Positions 9,486 through 20,489 of a stretch of DNA of 64,000 nt are shown one piece after another. This DNA comes from Epithemia pelagica (Eukaryota > Protista > Bacillariophyta), in the NCBI GenBank assembly GCA_946965045.2, contig OX337237.1, forward strand, positions 372,001 to 436,000. Reading direction: 5' to 3'. Below the pieces are notes generated by a model that saw only the letters and a program-made list of their open reading frames with translations, had not been told where the DNA came from and searched no databases. Position 1 is the first letter of the stretch; each line of letters starts with the position of its first letter. The position numbers and the translations under genes were made by a program.

Positions 9486-11311
9486 CGGAGGGAAGTAAGG
9501 GCAATGTTGGCATAGGTCGGAGGAGTCGACGATTCAGTAGCGGAAGTGGGACTGTCCGATGAATCAGAAGGTGGTGGAGAATCCGTAGTATGCGCAGCAG
9601 CAGCATCAGTGGCAGCAGGGGTGCTACGACCGGAGTTCACCTTAGTAGGGTCATGGCGATCGGTGCTGTGATTGCCCCATCGGCCAATACCATTGGGAGT
9701 GCCATTCGGACACAACGCACACCACCACAATTTGCGCTTGGGGTTCGTCGGATGGGGCTTGGAATTGGCCTCACCAGGTCCAGGAGGAGTGGTATCGATT
9801 GGCAGTGGGGGACGACGGTTGTTAGTCTTGGGAGTCCCAACTGGAGCGGCCTTCTTGGTCTCGGTCAAAGCAGGGAAGGCTGGAGTATCGGATTTGGAGG
9901 TTGGAAGCCATTTCTCAGAAAGTAAGAGGGAGTGGTATTTGGCCACCACGCGTTCACGCAAACCGAAAAAGTCTTGAAGGATGGGATCATCATGATTGTC
10001 CAGATAGTCCATCATACTGCGAAACTTGGGAACCGTGCACGTTAGAAGGCGTTCGACGAAGATACTGCAAATGTCAGCAGGAACATGGCCACTCATATTC
10101 AAGCGTAGTACCACATTGTTAAACGTAGAACAAAACTGGTTAATGTTTTCACCTGGATAGGTGGTCACACTGTGCTTCTCCAAACGTCGAACAATGCCAC
10201 GAGCAGCGTCAGTAGTAGTCATCATGAGCTGCGTGAGAATCATGTGGAGCACCAAAGGACCACCTTGTTCATTGTCGGGAATCGTAATCAAGCGATTTTC
10301 CAGATCGGCACGGAGAGTTCCATCGCAGGAGGCAAGAAGCAAGTCTTGGGTCCAAGAGAGATTCTGCGGATGCAAACTATCAGTGATGCGTTCCGCGTAG
10401 ATCTGATTACTTAGACGAACTTGGGCTTCGGAGATGGAGCAAGCGTGGTCCAGTAAACTCAAAGTAGCCCCAGAAGAATCCAAGACACCGGTCGTTTCGT
10501 CAACTGGAAGAATGTCGAACACAGAATGCATACAGTACGTAGTAAGACGAGTCTTAAGTGCGTAAAGTTGCATCATGATCTTGTTGTTGTCTTCAAAGAA
10601 CGACTTGTCGTCGGTAACACTGATCACGGCCCAAGTAAAACTGAAGGGAGGAGTCAGGCCCACGACAGCTTCATTGCGGAAATCGAACAAGGTCTTGCCG
10701 GTCAAAGAGCTGCGATAGGCAGGAGAGACGGTATCCGCAAAGGCGCCAAGTTCAAACGAGCGATTCTTCGTGGCGGTCAGGGCGATTCCGTTGATCTGGG
10801 TATCCGCCGATAAGGAACCAACTCCTGAAGACTTCTTGGGGGTCGAAACGGGTGTAGGGATCTTCATGGTCGCAAAGGTAAGCAAAGGTAAAGGGAGCAA
10901 CAACGACAACGGTGTGAAAACACGAAACTGTTTTGGGTCAGACCAAAAAGTGAGTGGTAGCAGTTCCCGTGCCTCAGGTCGTGTTGAGTAAGGCGAAGAA
11001 GTGATCTGGTTGGTGGACCAAGTCTCCAACTGCAATGTTGACTCCCAGTTACTGGTCGTTGGTCGCGGTAGAGTTCGGATTCGTGTAAGGGGCACAAGTG
11101 AATTTTGTCGTACCACGAATGAATCAATAAGTAAATCAATTCTCATCGGTAAGTAAATGGTCATCAGTAAGGTGAATACTGTTACAACCCAGTGGAACCG
11201 CTTGGGCTCATAACCTCTCATTGTGAAGGAGTTTTCCGTTCCACCCGATGAGTTGTTCGTAGAATGTCCGAATGAGGCGGCCGTTCCGTTGAGGGAGGTT
11301 CCCATGGTCAT
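9473..11311 (-). CDS. gag: Gag of copia D (612 aa)
   Basis: Long ORF immediately upstream of pol, with a C-terminal zinc-knuckle-like WCALC-x11-H-x4-H and a Pro/Ser/Thr-rich tail. The start could also be the internal MKIPTP. Confidence 0.82.
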   Translation of the reverse strand: MTMGTSLNGTAASFGHSTNNSSGGTENSFTMRGYEPKRFHWVVTVFTLLMTIYLPMRIDLLIDSFVVRQNSLVPLTRIRTLPRPTTSNWESTLQLETWSTNQITSSPYSTRPEARELLPLTFWSDPKQFRVFTPLSLLLPLPLLTFATMKIPTPVSTPKKSSGVGSLSADTQINGIALTATKNRSFELGAFADTVSPAYRSSLTGKTLFDFRNEAVVGLTPPFSFTWAVISVTDDKSFFEDNNKIMMQLYALKTRLTTYCMHSVFDILPVDETTGVLDSSGATLSLLDHACSISEAQVRLSNQIYAERITDSLHPQNLSWTQDLLLASCDGTLRADLENRLITIPDNEQGGPLVLHMILTQLMMTTTDAARGIVRRLEKHSVTTYPGENINQFCSTFNNVVLRLNMSGHVPADICSIFVERLLTCTVPKFRSMMDYLDNHDDPILQDFFGLRERVVAKYHSLLLSEKWLPTSKSDTPAFPALTETKKAAPVGTPKTNNRRPPLPIDTTPPGPGEANSKPHPTNPKRKLWWCALCPNGTPNGIGRWGNHSTDRHDPTKVNSGRSTPAATDAAAAHTTDSPPPSDSSDSPTSATESSTPPTYANIALTSLRDFH

Positions 11312-11829
11312 TCGGAGGAGTTCCGGTTTGCAGTCTGTGGATACTGCTAGGGACGAATGTAAATTGTAGTGCAGATTTTGTTGCTTCTCAAATTATGGCT
11401 AGTTACTAAGTTGGGTGTAGTGTGAGATCGATATTTTTGAGTGTGTGTGCTGAAGGGACATGGTGGAGGCGCATGACCGCTGATAATTCTCCACTGTTTT
11501 CCTGGTGGTGGTGGATACGGTTATAATTATTTGAGCTACTATACGTTTTGAAGGAGACTCGGTTGTTTTTTCTTGGATGAGAAGTGCTGCTACACTATGA
11601 AGATCATTCATGAATCGACTCCAGATGCTTGCAGAAGTCAGAACAAAGTCGTTGGCCTCCATGGCAATCAGAAGTGAGGCCAATCCGGACAATGCAGGTG
11701 TTCCCCTTGGAGCTTTGGCCATTTGGACATTCACAGTCATTTGGACATTCACACCGAGCTCAGTTGGACGATATTGGGAAAACTCTGTTCCAAAGCATGG
11801 CTTGAACTGCAGTTGGATCTTCCGTGGCC

Positions 11830-11853
11830 ATATATATATATATATATATATAT
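11830..11853. repeat. (AT)12 microsatellite in the probable 5' LTR/UTR of D
   Basis: Read directly from the sequence. Confidence 0.9.
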
Positions 11854-12576
11854 GTGCACCGGATCTTTGTCCTGGCTGCTGCCACTGTTGGTTGTGAACA
11901 TGGGTGTGCTGTGGTTTGTGCCCTCAGACCCTGAGACTTGGTCTCTTTGTCGGTGTAGAATTTGATGACAAGCATGAATGTAGGAGTGAATGTCTACTAC
12001 ATCCATTTCTGCTCCTTTGTCTCCCCACCGAATGTGTAGGTTGATCAAGTTGGGCGGCACAATACTATGAGGTGGAAAGACAAGTGGGGGCCCCTTAACG
12101 GCAGAGTCTACTACTCTGGAAGAAACGCTTGAAAACAAAAACTCCTTGGTAGATCTGACGGATGGCACAATGCCATGAGGTGGGTCCGTCTTGTTGTCTG
12201 CATTCCGCCGAGACTTGGTCCAGTGGTTGCACCAATTTTGGGAGAAGGGCAAAGTGTGGGAGGCTATGGTCGTTGTCAATACGATTGTGTCCTCGTGTCC
12301 CTCGACCAGATTTCCATTTAGAAGTGAGAGTGAACGAACTCACACAATTGTCGAGACGACTCGAGGCTTGCCGCTTGGACGATTGCTCGCAGTCGCAGTC
12401 GCAGACGCTACTTGCAAAATCACGCGAGCATCGCGCCTGTCTGTCCAACGGTCCAATTACCGAAAAAAGAAAAACATGGCGCACTGTTTTCCCCCTTGTT
12501 GCGATCCTTTGGATGCTTTTGGCCCAATGTTTCGGGTGGAGAGCGGCACAATCCGGCTTTCCCAACAACAAATACT

Positions 12577-13743
12577 ATGAGTAATACGAATCGGACTTCA
12601 CTTCCCTCGTTCTCACCTCCATCCTCCAGCACAACGACGAGGACCACGACCACCAATGGTCCTTCCTTCCGCAGGGTGGTCCAAGTTGTCCTCCTTTTGC
12701 TGTTACTGGTCCAAACCCGGTACCTTCACCAAACATTTTTTCGCAACAGACAACAGCGAGGAAGCATTGCACGGCTCTCGCATGACAACCGCAATCGATA
12801 CAACAAATTCGAGTTTTCTTGTATGGAACTTTATCAATCAAAGTTCTGTCAGATTTGAAGACGAGAGGAGAGAACCAAAGGCCAACATGACGAGTCCTGT
12901 TATCAACAATCCTCTGAATTCCAACAAGAAGCACAAGAACAGACACAACCAGACTCTCACAACCTTTCGTATCGAGCTCTCGGATCCCGAATACAAGGGG
13001 GGATGGCATGATCCACCCTTTGTGATTGAAAAATACAAGCTCTTGTTTTTTAGCACCGCCAAAGTCGGATGTACTCATTGGCATTTGCTCTTCATGCGCA
13101 TGATTTACAATCGCACGTATGCATCTCATCAAGAAGGTCGCGTCCATGAACATGCCGTTAGCCAGCTCAAATTATTGCGTCACTATTCGGTCCAACAAGC
13201 GACGCACATGATGACGTCTCCCGACTGGACACGGGCCATTTTCTTGCGCGATCCCTTGGAACGCTTTGTGTCGGCGTATTTAGACAAGGCTTTGGGCCCG
13301 GATGACTATGTTCAGAGACATTGCTGTGGTAAACACAGTGCCAGCTGTCGGAGGCGTTTGAAACAATCAGCGGAAGCCGCCTTTCCTATTATGAAACAGT
13401 GTAATGACATTCATTGGAAACCGCAAAATCAACGCATCTCGCACAAGTACATGCAACAAGTGAATTTTGTGGGACGCATGGAAACCATGCAAAAGATACC
13501 GAACGATTGTTTCGACGGATTGGCGCCTGGGAAGAATATGGGACACATGGCACCAGGACATCAAGCACGGCCCAACCACGCCTTGCCGGTCAGAATCATG
13601 CGACGGGGGCATCCTCCAAAATGACCCAGCACATTACTCCCAACTTGTATCAACAGCTCATGGAGTTTTATCGGGTGGACTACGAAAATTCCTATTTCAA
13701 CTTTCCCAAACCAAACGTGTCTTGGTTGGAACAATCATCCTAG
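12577..13743 (+). pseudogene. Sulfotransferase paralog ST1 (Sulfotransfer_2-like), two frameshifts
   Basis: MSNTNRT... with TM VVQVVLLLLLLVQ, FSTAKVGCTHW (5'-PSB) and FLRDPLERFVSAY (3'-PB). Relative to intact paralogs it has a 4-nt insertion (AGAC, ~12747) and a 1-nt deletion at ~13492. Confidence 0.88.
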
Positions 13744-14701
13744 CAGCATCAGCCGTCGAGAAAGCAACGTGCGGTCCCATGAATTGCCGTTGACCAACCA
13801 ACGACTGTGGTAGGTTGGTTGGATGCGCCAGAAACGAGCCATGCGTACGAATGACAACGCACATAGATGACAACGACTTTCGAATTGGTCACAACACATT
13901 GTTGCCATTGTCATTGGTCCAAAAAGACTCACTGGTATTGTTACTCATACAGTAGTAGAGAGTGCAGTACAACCAGATTTGACGGTGACCTCTCTACTAT
14001 TCCAACAATGTATGTTTTTGCAGACTCTTTTTTGATATCGTTCTCGATGCTCCACGCATTTGGTGTCTCCAAAGCAAACACTCGACTATAGAGCGAAGAA
14101 CGGGTAGATGTAGGTAGAACTACTGCCCTCAAAACCGTCGTGCTGCCTCTAGAATGAAAAAAGTGACAATGGCAAACCATGACGACAACTGCGAGTGATA
14201 TGGAACAATACTTCACCATGGGAACTTGATGTGTGTTTCGAAAGAGGCTCCTCGATGTTTTGTGGTGGGTTGTGGGTTCCTTGTGTATAGTTCAGGTTTG
14301 TTTTGTTGTTGTTGTTGTTGTTACGGTTCGGCACACTCTCTATTCGCATCCTCCTTGTTGCCGTCGACACTTCGTGTTTGTCTCGGGAACGCGTGGAGGC
14401 TTTTGGGGATGATGTATGTGCATAGAAACCAGAACGACAACCATTGCAACGACAATCATGGATCTAGAGTTGGAATACATACAGAAGATCCGTGCCTCTC
14501 ATTCCTTGAGACACACGGGGGGCATGTCCTCGTTTGGTGTCGATCGAGTCCCCCGGCTCTCCCATGACGTCGGCCCCATCAAGATCAAGCGCGACATACT
14601 TCTGAGTCCCGCACAATGACCAGTCCCGAATTTAGTGCGACGACTTAAGCGCGACTTGATCTCTCTCTGGATTGTACGACTACGAGGGTACAATAAGAAG
14701 A

Positions 14702-15552
14702 ATGACGACCGCGTCTTTGCCAGTGGAGGAAGAACTGGAAGAAGATATCAGCGGAGAGGAGGAGGGCGCGGAGCAGGAACGCGACGAAGAGGACGGTGAA
14801 GCTGAATTTCTGCCGCATGTCGATCGTTACATTCAACAACTCCACGAGAATCATCGGTCTGGCTTCTGTTACGATCCGCAGCGTCTCAAAAAGTTCCATT
14901 CCGCGGTCCGCTTGACTCCCAAGAACTTGTCGTACTATGCCAAGCCACGTCCAAGAGACTGCATCGAGAGAGTGGATGAAACTCCCAGCAGTGACCATCC
15001 ACTCCGGGCCATTGCCGCGGTTCTAGAATCCGCCCCAGTTCCATTGTTCGAGTCACTGCTTACTCATTGACCGATATGTGTGCCATTGATCTCCTCTCAC
15101 ATCATGGCGGCTCCAAAACAGTTCTCCTGCATCGTTCCACGGACACCAGAAAAGCTCTTGCGAAGTGGGTCACTGAGATTGGAAGGGCTCTCTTGGAGAA
15201 TGTCGAAATTCGGTTGGTCGCCATGTCTACTTTTGGGGCCAATAGCAGCAGCAAAGCATCCCTTGATGTAAAATCAGTCATTACTGACACATACACTGTG
15301 CTAGGGAGCTACAATCTCTCCCGAGCTGGGAATTTTGAGGTGATCGCCACCCAGCAGGAGAGTATCACAACGTTCGACGAGATGTGGGACAATGACTTGG
15401 TTTTGACAAACCAAGCAGAGCGGATATACAACGAACTTTACTATGCCGCGCCGGAAGGATCGAAACGGAAAGCTCGGTATGATGCCATAAATGCTCAAGT
15501 TTCAGCCAGAAAGCGAGCCAGCAAAGCTACGACCCAATCCCAAGCATCCTAA
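14702..15552 (+). pseudogene. Phospholipase D-superfamily (PLDc_2/Nuc/Zucchini-like) nuclease gene, frameshifted
   Basis: Joining the two ORFs across a -1 shift near 15040 gives ...RAIAAVLESAP..IVRVTAYSLTDMCAIDLL...VEIRLV...SLDVKSVITDTYTVLGSYNLS..GNFE...FDEMW. This matches the HxKx4Dx6GSxN pattern with H replaced by D. The N-terminus is acidic. Confidence 0.7.
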
Positions 15553-15573
15553 TGGATCGTACCACTCAAGGGT

Positions 15574-15870
15574 ATGCACGGTGACGGACACGACACTTGG
15601 GAAATCCAGGATTTCGAGCTTGACGTCGCACATACAGTTGTGGCTCACAGAAAGTGGCATTCCAACAATTGGAACCGGTACAAACTATCTAAAATGCTGC
15701 ATTTGAAATTCCCAAGTTTTGATCAAACCGGGAAAAAGGCTTATGATTTCATTGAAGATGGAGACTTACCTGACGACGCAATTGAGCAGGAAGAAAAAAT
15801 CATTGACAGTGGAGACCCGATAGAGCCTTGCTTCGAGGATCCCGACAATGTTGAAGATGATAGGTTTTAG
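15574..15870 (+). CDS. Hypothetical 98-aa acidic protein
   Basis: ATG-started ORF directly after the PLD-like gene; no recognised domain. Confidence 0.3.
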   Translation: MHGDGHDTWEIQDFELDVAHTVVAHRKWHSNNWNRYKLSKMLHLKFPSFDQTGKKAYDFIEDGDLPDDAIEQEEKIIDSGDPIEPCFEDPDNVEDDRF

Positions 15871-16334
15871 GAGACAAAAATGACAAGTAGGAAAACCAAA
15901 TAGTTTACTAGCATGGTCAACTCTTTGTCTGGTAGAAGCCAGTGATCATCGGAAGCATTCATTACCTTTGTTGAATCGTCCCTTGGCCATGGTGATGCTG
16001 TTGCGGGGATTGCTTTCGGTGGATAGAAGACGGAACGCGAGACCTGTGCTTAGGCATCATAGATTACATAGCGTTCATCTACCTGTCGTCGTGATTGTCG
16101 TGACGATGTTCGACTGAGTTCAGAATGAACGTGTCGGGTAAGCCGGCAGGCTAAGGGGGTCTGGGGGTGGGAAAACAACAAAGACTAGGAAGAATTTTTT
16201 TAGCTCAAGAGTCGAAATTCAGTACTTTTCACCAAAAGCTTCCCACGTTAGGCAGAAAACGCCGGGCCAACCCCTATTCAAAACCATTCAGCCCCGAAGA
16301 AAAACAATGATCGAAGAACGGTCATCCATTGTTC

Positions 16335-16449
16335 TATCAATCCATTAAATAAAAACCATTTCACCACGCTGTTCCACGTCAGAATCTCGTCTGTTTTATC
16401 AATCCATCTATAAACTCATTTTTTCACCACGCTGTTCCACGTCAGAATC
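16335..16449. repeat. Two imperfect ~52-bp direct repeats (TATCAATCCAT...TCACCACGCTGTTCCACGTCAGAATC)
   Basis: Copies at about 16335-16386 and 16397-16449. Confidence 0.8.
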
Positions 16450-16745
16450 ACGCCCAACGAACCAACCCACGAAACATCCCCCCACGCCATAAGGAGTTTA
16501 GCAACTTTGTCACTAACACCTAGCCAAACATAGAAGCTGAAGACCCAGACTTGTAGAAATGCATCCGAAGGCAACACAAATTGGAGTAAGATCCCCCCAG
16601 ACATAGGCATTCTTAGTAAGAATCAGGCGTACCGACGAAAAATCGTACAGTATTAGCATACTAAAGTTTTTTTAGAATATAGGCGGGATTACGTTTCTAC
16701 AACCGATCGTACCCATTCACTCTCTCCGTTCCTCGTACTTTCCGA

Positions 16746-17477
16746 TTAGACGAGATCCACACGCGGAAAATAGTTCAAGTACTGATGTTCCTGTACAACG
16801 GCATCCATCAATCCCACGTTAAATTCAAGCTCTAGTGTCACGATAGCATTGTCGTCGAAAATCGTTTCAACCACAGTCGCATTAATGCCCAATTGGTCGC
16901 TCGTCCCTGATTTTTTGAGAATCATGAAACCAGGGTCAACCCCCGGTAGGTAGGTCTTGTACAACTCAGCCGTCACATCACGAATCTCCCAGAAACGATT
17001 TACATGAACAATCAACTCACCCATCAAATTGTTGGTCTTGACGCGGCAAGGGAGCCAGTCGTGAGATGGACTACCAAACGTGACAGGGCGTTGAATACCA
17101 GACGGAAAGCGATTACAAAATCCTCCCTCAATCGTCGACAACTTGTCAATCGGAAAGGGCCTGGACGTAGTAGGCGGACGAAAATAGATCTTGTAGCTAC
17201 CCTTCAATACCAAATCTTGCTCAACCGTAGGCAATCCCCAGCTGTGTCCCTCACTCGAATCCACTGACCACCGAACTCGCATGATTCGTCCGTCATGACC
17301 AAGAGACTCACCACCATCGATCACCTGGTTTGTCTGTTCATCTGCCAAGCCAATCAAAGTTTGCGGAACCTCCAACGCTTCGGAAACGCGAAGCCGAATG
17401 ACGTCGAGTGGAGTGTCTTGCATGCACATTGCACCGAATCCCCACGTCGGCGAAACTTTAACAATAAACTGCGCCAT
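16746..17477 (-). CDS. Protein with two predicted ubiquitin-like (beta-grasp) domains (Ubl-1), 243 aa
   Basis: ATG at 17477 (MAQFIVKV). The C-terminal unit LIVHVNRFWEIRDVTAELYKTYLPGVDPGFMILKKSG..QLGINATV follows the ubiquitin pattern TI..VK..I....GIPP.QQ.L...G..L. Full-length paralog of 28017-28784. Confidence 0.62.
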   Translation of the reverse strand: MAQFIVKVSPTWGFGAMCMQDTPLDVIRLRVSEALEVPQTLIGLADEQTNQVIDGGESLGHDGRIMRVRWSVDSSEGHSWGLPTVEQDLVLKGSYKIYFRPPTTSRPFPIDKLSTIEGGFCNRFPSGIQRPVTFGSPSHDWLPCRVKTNNLMGELIVHVNRFWEIRDVTAELYKTYLPGVDPGFMILKKSGTSDQLGINATVVETIFDDNAIVTLELEFNVGLMDAVVQEHQYLNYFPRVDLV

Positions 17478-17830
17478 CTCGTCCCAACAACGAAGTGCCG
17501 CGACGGCAAAACAACCAACTGAACCATAGTCTTGACAACTGAGGTAAGTGCACAAAAGCAGACTGTGGTGGACACGAAAATTTATGAGACAACTTCGTCT
17601 CTAACCTTTTCCTCTATTCTGTTACCAAAAAAACCCACCCGCAAACCTATTTGACAGAAACCAACCGTAACCACACCTCCACGGAGGTCGTGCCGTGGAA
17701 ACTCGTCACGGTGGACAGAAACCGACCGACACGACAACCAACCGAAAACCCACCCAACAATCAAACACATTTCGACGACGGACCGTGCCATGGCTATAAA
17801 GCTACGTTGGTTGTTCCATTGTTTTGTTAC

Positions 17831-18496
17831 ATGTATCCTCGTCGTGCCATCTACCGTAACCGTGCCGGCTTTTTGCGTCATCCAGGCATGCCTGGTTATC
17901 GTGCACGCACAACGATCGACGGCGGCTGTTCCTTCCAACCCGTGGATTGTTACGTGCGTGTGAGTGATACGGTCGACTTCCGTACCTGCGTAGTCAAAAA
18001 GTACTCCACGGCAATTCACGTTTTACGCACCATTGCAAAAAAGATGCGGATTCCACTATGTGACATTCGCCTAACCAAGCAAAACGGAAAACGGATTGCT
18101 ATGAAGGCATATGTGTACGAAAACGACAGCGATCTCACTAACGGTGCTATTACACTGGCTATGGTGATGGGAAGTCATCGTGATTTCAGCGAGACTTACC
18201 TTCCCGAGAATTTTTCGCTTTCGTCAACACCAGAATGCAAACAGGAGAGCGACAATGAGCAAGACGACGAGGATGAGGAAGACGATTCCGAAGAGGAGCT
18301 AGATGGGCAAGACCATGAGGATGAGGAAGATGATTCTGAAGAAGAGAAACAAGACGGGCAAGACCATGAGGACGATGATTCAGAAGAAGATGATGATTCC
18401 GTTGTGTTGGTTGACAAGAACGAACAAATGGAGAGCAATGGAGGCAAGCGAGACTCGTGCCGATCGTCGCGTTTGGTTGAAGAGGCGTATGTCTGA
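17831..18496 (+). CDS. SUMO/ubiquitin-like domain protein with long acidic tail (Ubl-2), 221 aa from the first in-frame ATG
   Basis: VRVSDTVDFRTCVVKKYSTAIHVLRTIAKKMRIPLCDIRLTKQNGKRI...DLTNGAITLAMVMG resembles a SUMO/Ubl fold and is followed by a D/E-rich repeat. Probable 5'UTR intron 17544-17657 (GTAAGT...CTAAC...TTGACAG). Confidence 0.6.
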   Translation: MYPRRAIYRNRAGFLRHPGMPGYRARTTIDGGCSFQPVDCYVRVSDTVDFRTCVVKKYSTAIHVLRTIAKKMRIPLCDIRLTKQNGKRIAMKAYVYENDSDLTNGAITLAMVMGSHRDFSETYLPENFSLSSTPECKQESDNEQDDEDEEDDSEEELDGQDHEDEEDDSEEEKQDGQDHEDDDSEEDDDSVVLVDKNEQMESNGGKRDSCRSSRLVEEAYV

Positions 18497-19133
18497 TTGT
18501 TGCGGCTCGTCTCCAGTTGCGGCGGATCAAGAAACCAAACACCATTGTTTTTTGACGTGAAAAATTGAGTACCTTTCCGCCGTCTGTCGTCTTTACCACG
18601 TCTCAATTTAGATGACAGTAGTTTCTCTTGCATCACATCTTCTTGTTCATTTCCATAGGGATCTTCTTGTTGGGATCTTCTTGTTCATTTCCATAGAAAG
18701 TGAGAGCCAAATGGACAACGGCAGCCTTGAGAGCCTCCATTTGGCCGTATCGCCATTGTTCCCCGATCTTTTTGGACAATCCTTTGCCAATTAGGCATCT
18801 TTGGTCTTTGGCATGTCGTCGATGATGGATGGTCAACAAATAACGCTAAACGCACGTCTCGTATTCTTCCATGTCCACGTAGGTGTCTCTCTGTTTCTCG
18901 CTTTTTCAATTGTCAATGGTGCCAACCAAAGATCCGTCATCGCTCCCATGTGCAGAGCGAGACGAAAATGAAAGTAGGAGAATCACCGCGAATCGCAATG
19001 AAGGACAACCACCTGTATCTGTATGCAACCCTATAAGCACGAAACACTTGCGGCGCCGGCCTTAAGACTTAAAGATTAGATTACTACAACAACTAATCAA
19101 AGGCCAATCTCTCCGTGCTCTCCATACAAGACG

Positions 19134-20014
19134 TCAGCCTTGAGTCATGCCGGGATATCCGAACTTGAAGCGCGCGACATTCGAATAACGACCGTTACGG
19201 TCGACGCTGAAAACCGAGTCATGTTCCACGTGTTCACCACCTTCACCACCGTCAAAAAACTGGGAATAAAAATCCGTCGTGGGACTCCCTTCCTCGGCCA
19301 AGTAGCTATCGATTATTTCCGCCACGTGCTCATCTGTAAATAGATGATCAAGCGCGCAAGGCGGGCTCTGAGTGTGGTCGAACTCCGCCTTGTAAATATA
19401 GTCCTTTTTCCAAGTAACATTGGGGTTCTCATTGTCCGCGCGCTCAAGAATCTCGATTAGCTTCTCCGCGAATTCTTTCTTGAGCTGCGCGTGCGCAGTG
19501 CTATCAACCAACGGATCGTGCTCGGTAGGCGGGCACGCGACAACACATGGCCAGAAAAAAACACCTTGGTTCGGCTTGGGGGGGCCCTTCACCAACGGAA
19601 GGTTCTTCTCGCGCGACACACGACGGTGTAGGGTAGTGATGCGCATGTCATACGATTCGAGCTCGCCTTGCGCACTATTGAGAATTTCGTCAGTGACTGG
19701 CTTCAGATATCCCGATTCTTCAACACCCGCCTTCTGAAGCTTAAGATACCCAACAATAAACGCTCCCTTCGGACCACACTGTTCGAGGTGAACTTCCGTC
19801 ACCTGTGGCCCAGCCGCAGATGCACGGACGTCCTTCACTTTCTTCTTCCCTTTCGAAGCAAATGGACTCCTCTTGAGCTTAACGGGAGTAACCACTCTGT
19901 GTGCACCCTGGGACACATCGGATGTTTCTGTTGCGTTGGTCTGCAAAAATGGGGAAGGTAAGTAAGCGCCGGGCCAAGCACCATGGTTATTGCACGACGA
20001 ACGGAACTCACCAT
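19134..20014 (-). CDS. Hypothetical 269-aa protein with an ATG-only first exon and a 71-nt intron (20011-19941)
   Basis: ATG|GTGAGT donor, CTTAC branch, TTTTTGCAG acceptor; joins in phase to the long ORF ending at 19134. No recognised domain. Confidence 0.65.
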
Positions 20015-20197
20015 GCTGTCTTACTCAACTTTCTCCAGATAAGACACAAATTGTTCTCAGCCGGATTTATGAGATCAACAGGAAATGAATGCTGTTAAGG
20101 TTGATTGTCGTGCCATCTCCATCAGTCCATTAACGTCGAATCCAGGTCGAGTCGTACCGTGGACTGCAACGGTCCATTTATGTCATCATCAGGACAC

Positions 20198-20489
20198 ACA
20201 ACAATTTACACACATACCCAACAATCAACCACGAATGCAGCAGCGTGAATCACCGGACGAAGTGCCAATGCAATCGGAGACACCACAAACAGCACACAGA
20301 TTCAACAATCAACCACGACCGCAAGAGGACCGTGGAACACAACCGACAACAATTTACACACATACCCAACAATCAACCACGAATGCAGCAGCGTGAACCA
20401 CCCGACGAAGTGCCAATGCAATCGAAGACACCACAAACACCAACAGATTCAACAATCAACCACGACCGCAAGAGGACCGTGGAACACAA
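20198..20489. repeat. Tandem duplication, period 148 bp
   Basis: ACAATTTACACACATACCCAACAATCAACCACGAATGCAGCAGCGTGAA... starts at 20201 and again at 20349. Confidence 0.9.

Larger units (their letters stand above)
4691..12183 (-). mobile_element. Ty1/copia retrotransposon 'D' (two-ORF family); 3' end displaced by A, 5' boundary approximate
   Basis: gag plus pol with domain order PR-IN-RT-RH. Similarity to the host sulfotransferase upstream unit resumes at about 12184. The LTR could not be delimited because its partner is not in the window. Confidence 0.8.

Noticed and set aside
11324-11336. GACTGCAAACC resembling a tRNA-Cys anticodon arm near D's gag start, as a possible PBS
   Set aside because: Wrong orientation for a PBS on D's sense strand and not next to an identifiable LTR end.
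16150-16188. G-rich segment followed by CTAG as a Helitron 3' terminus
   Set aside because: No complementary arm to form the subterminal hairpin, and it lies upstream of the plus-strand RepHel.
18612-19065. Several short ORFs between Ubl-2 and the orphan gene
   Set aside because: Under 80 aa, no motifs or clear splice structure.
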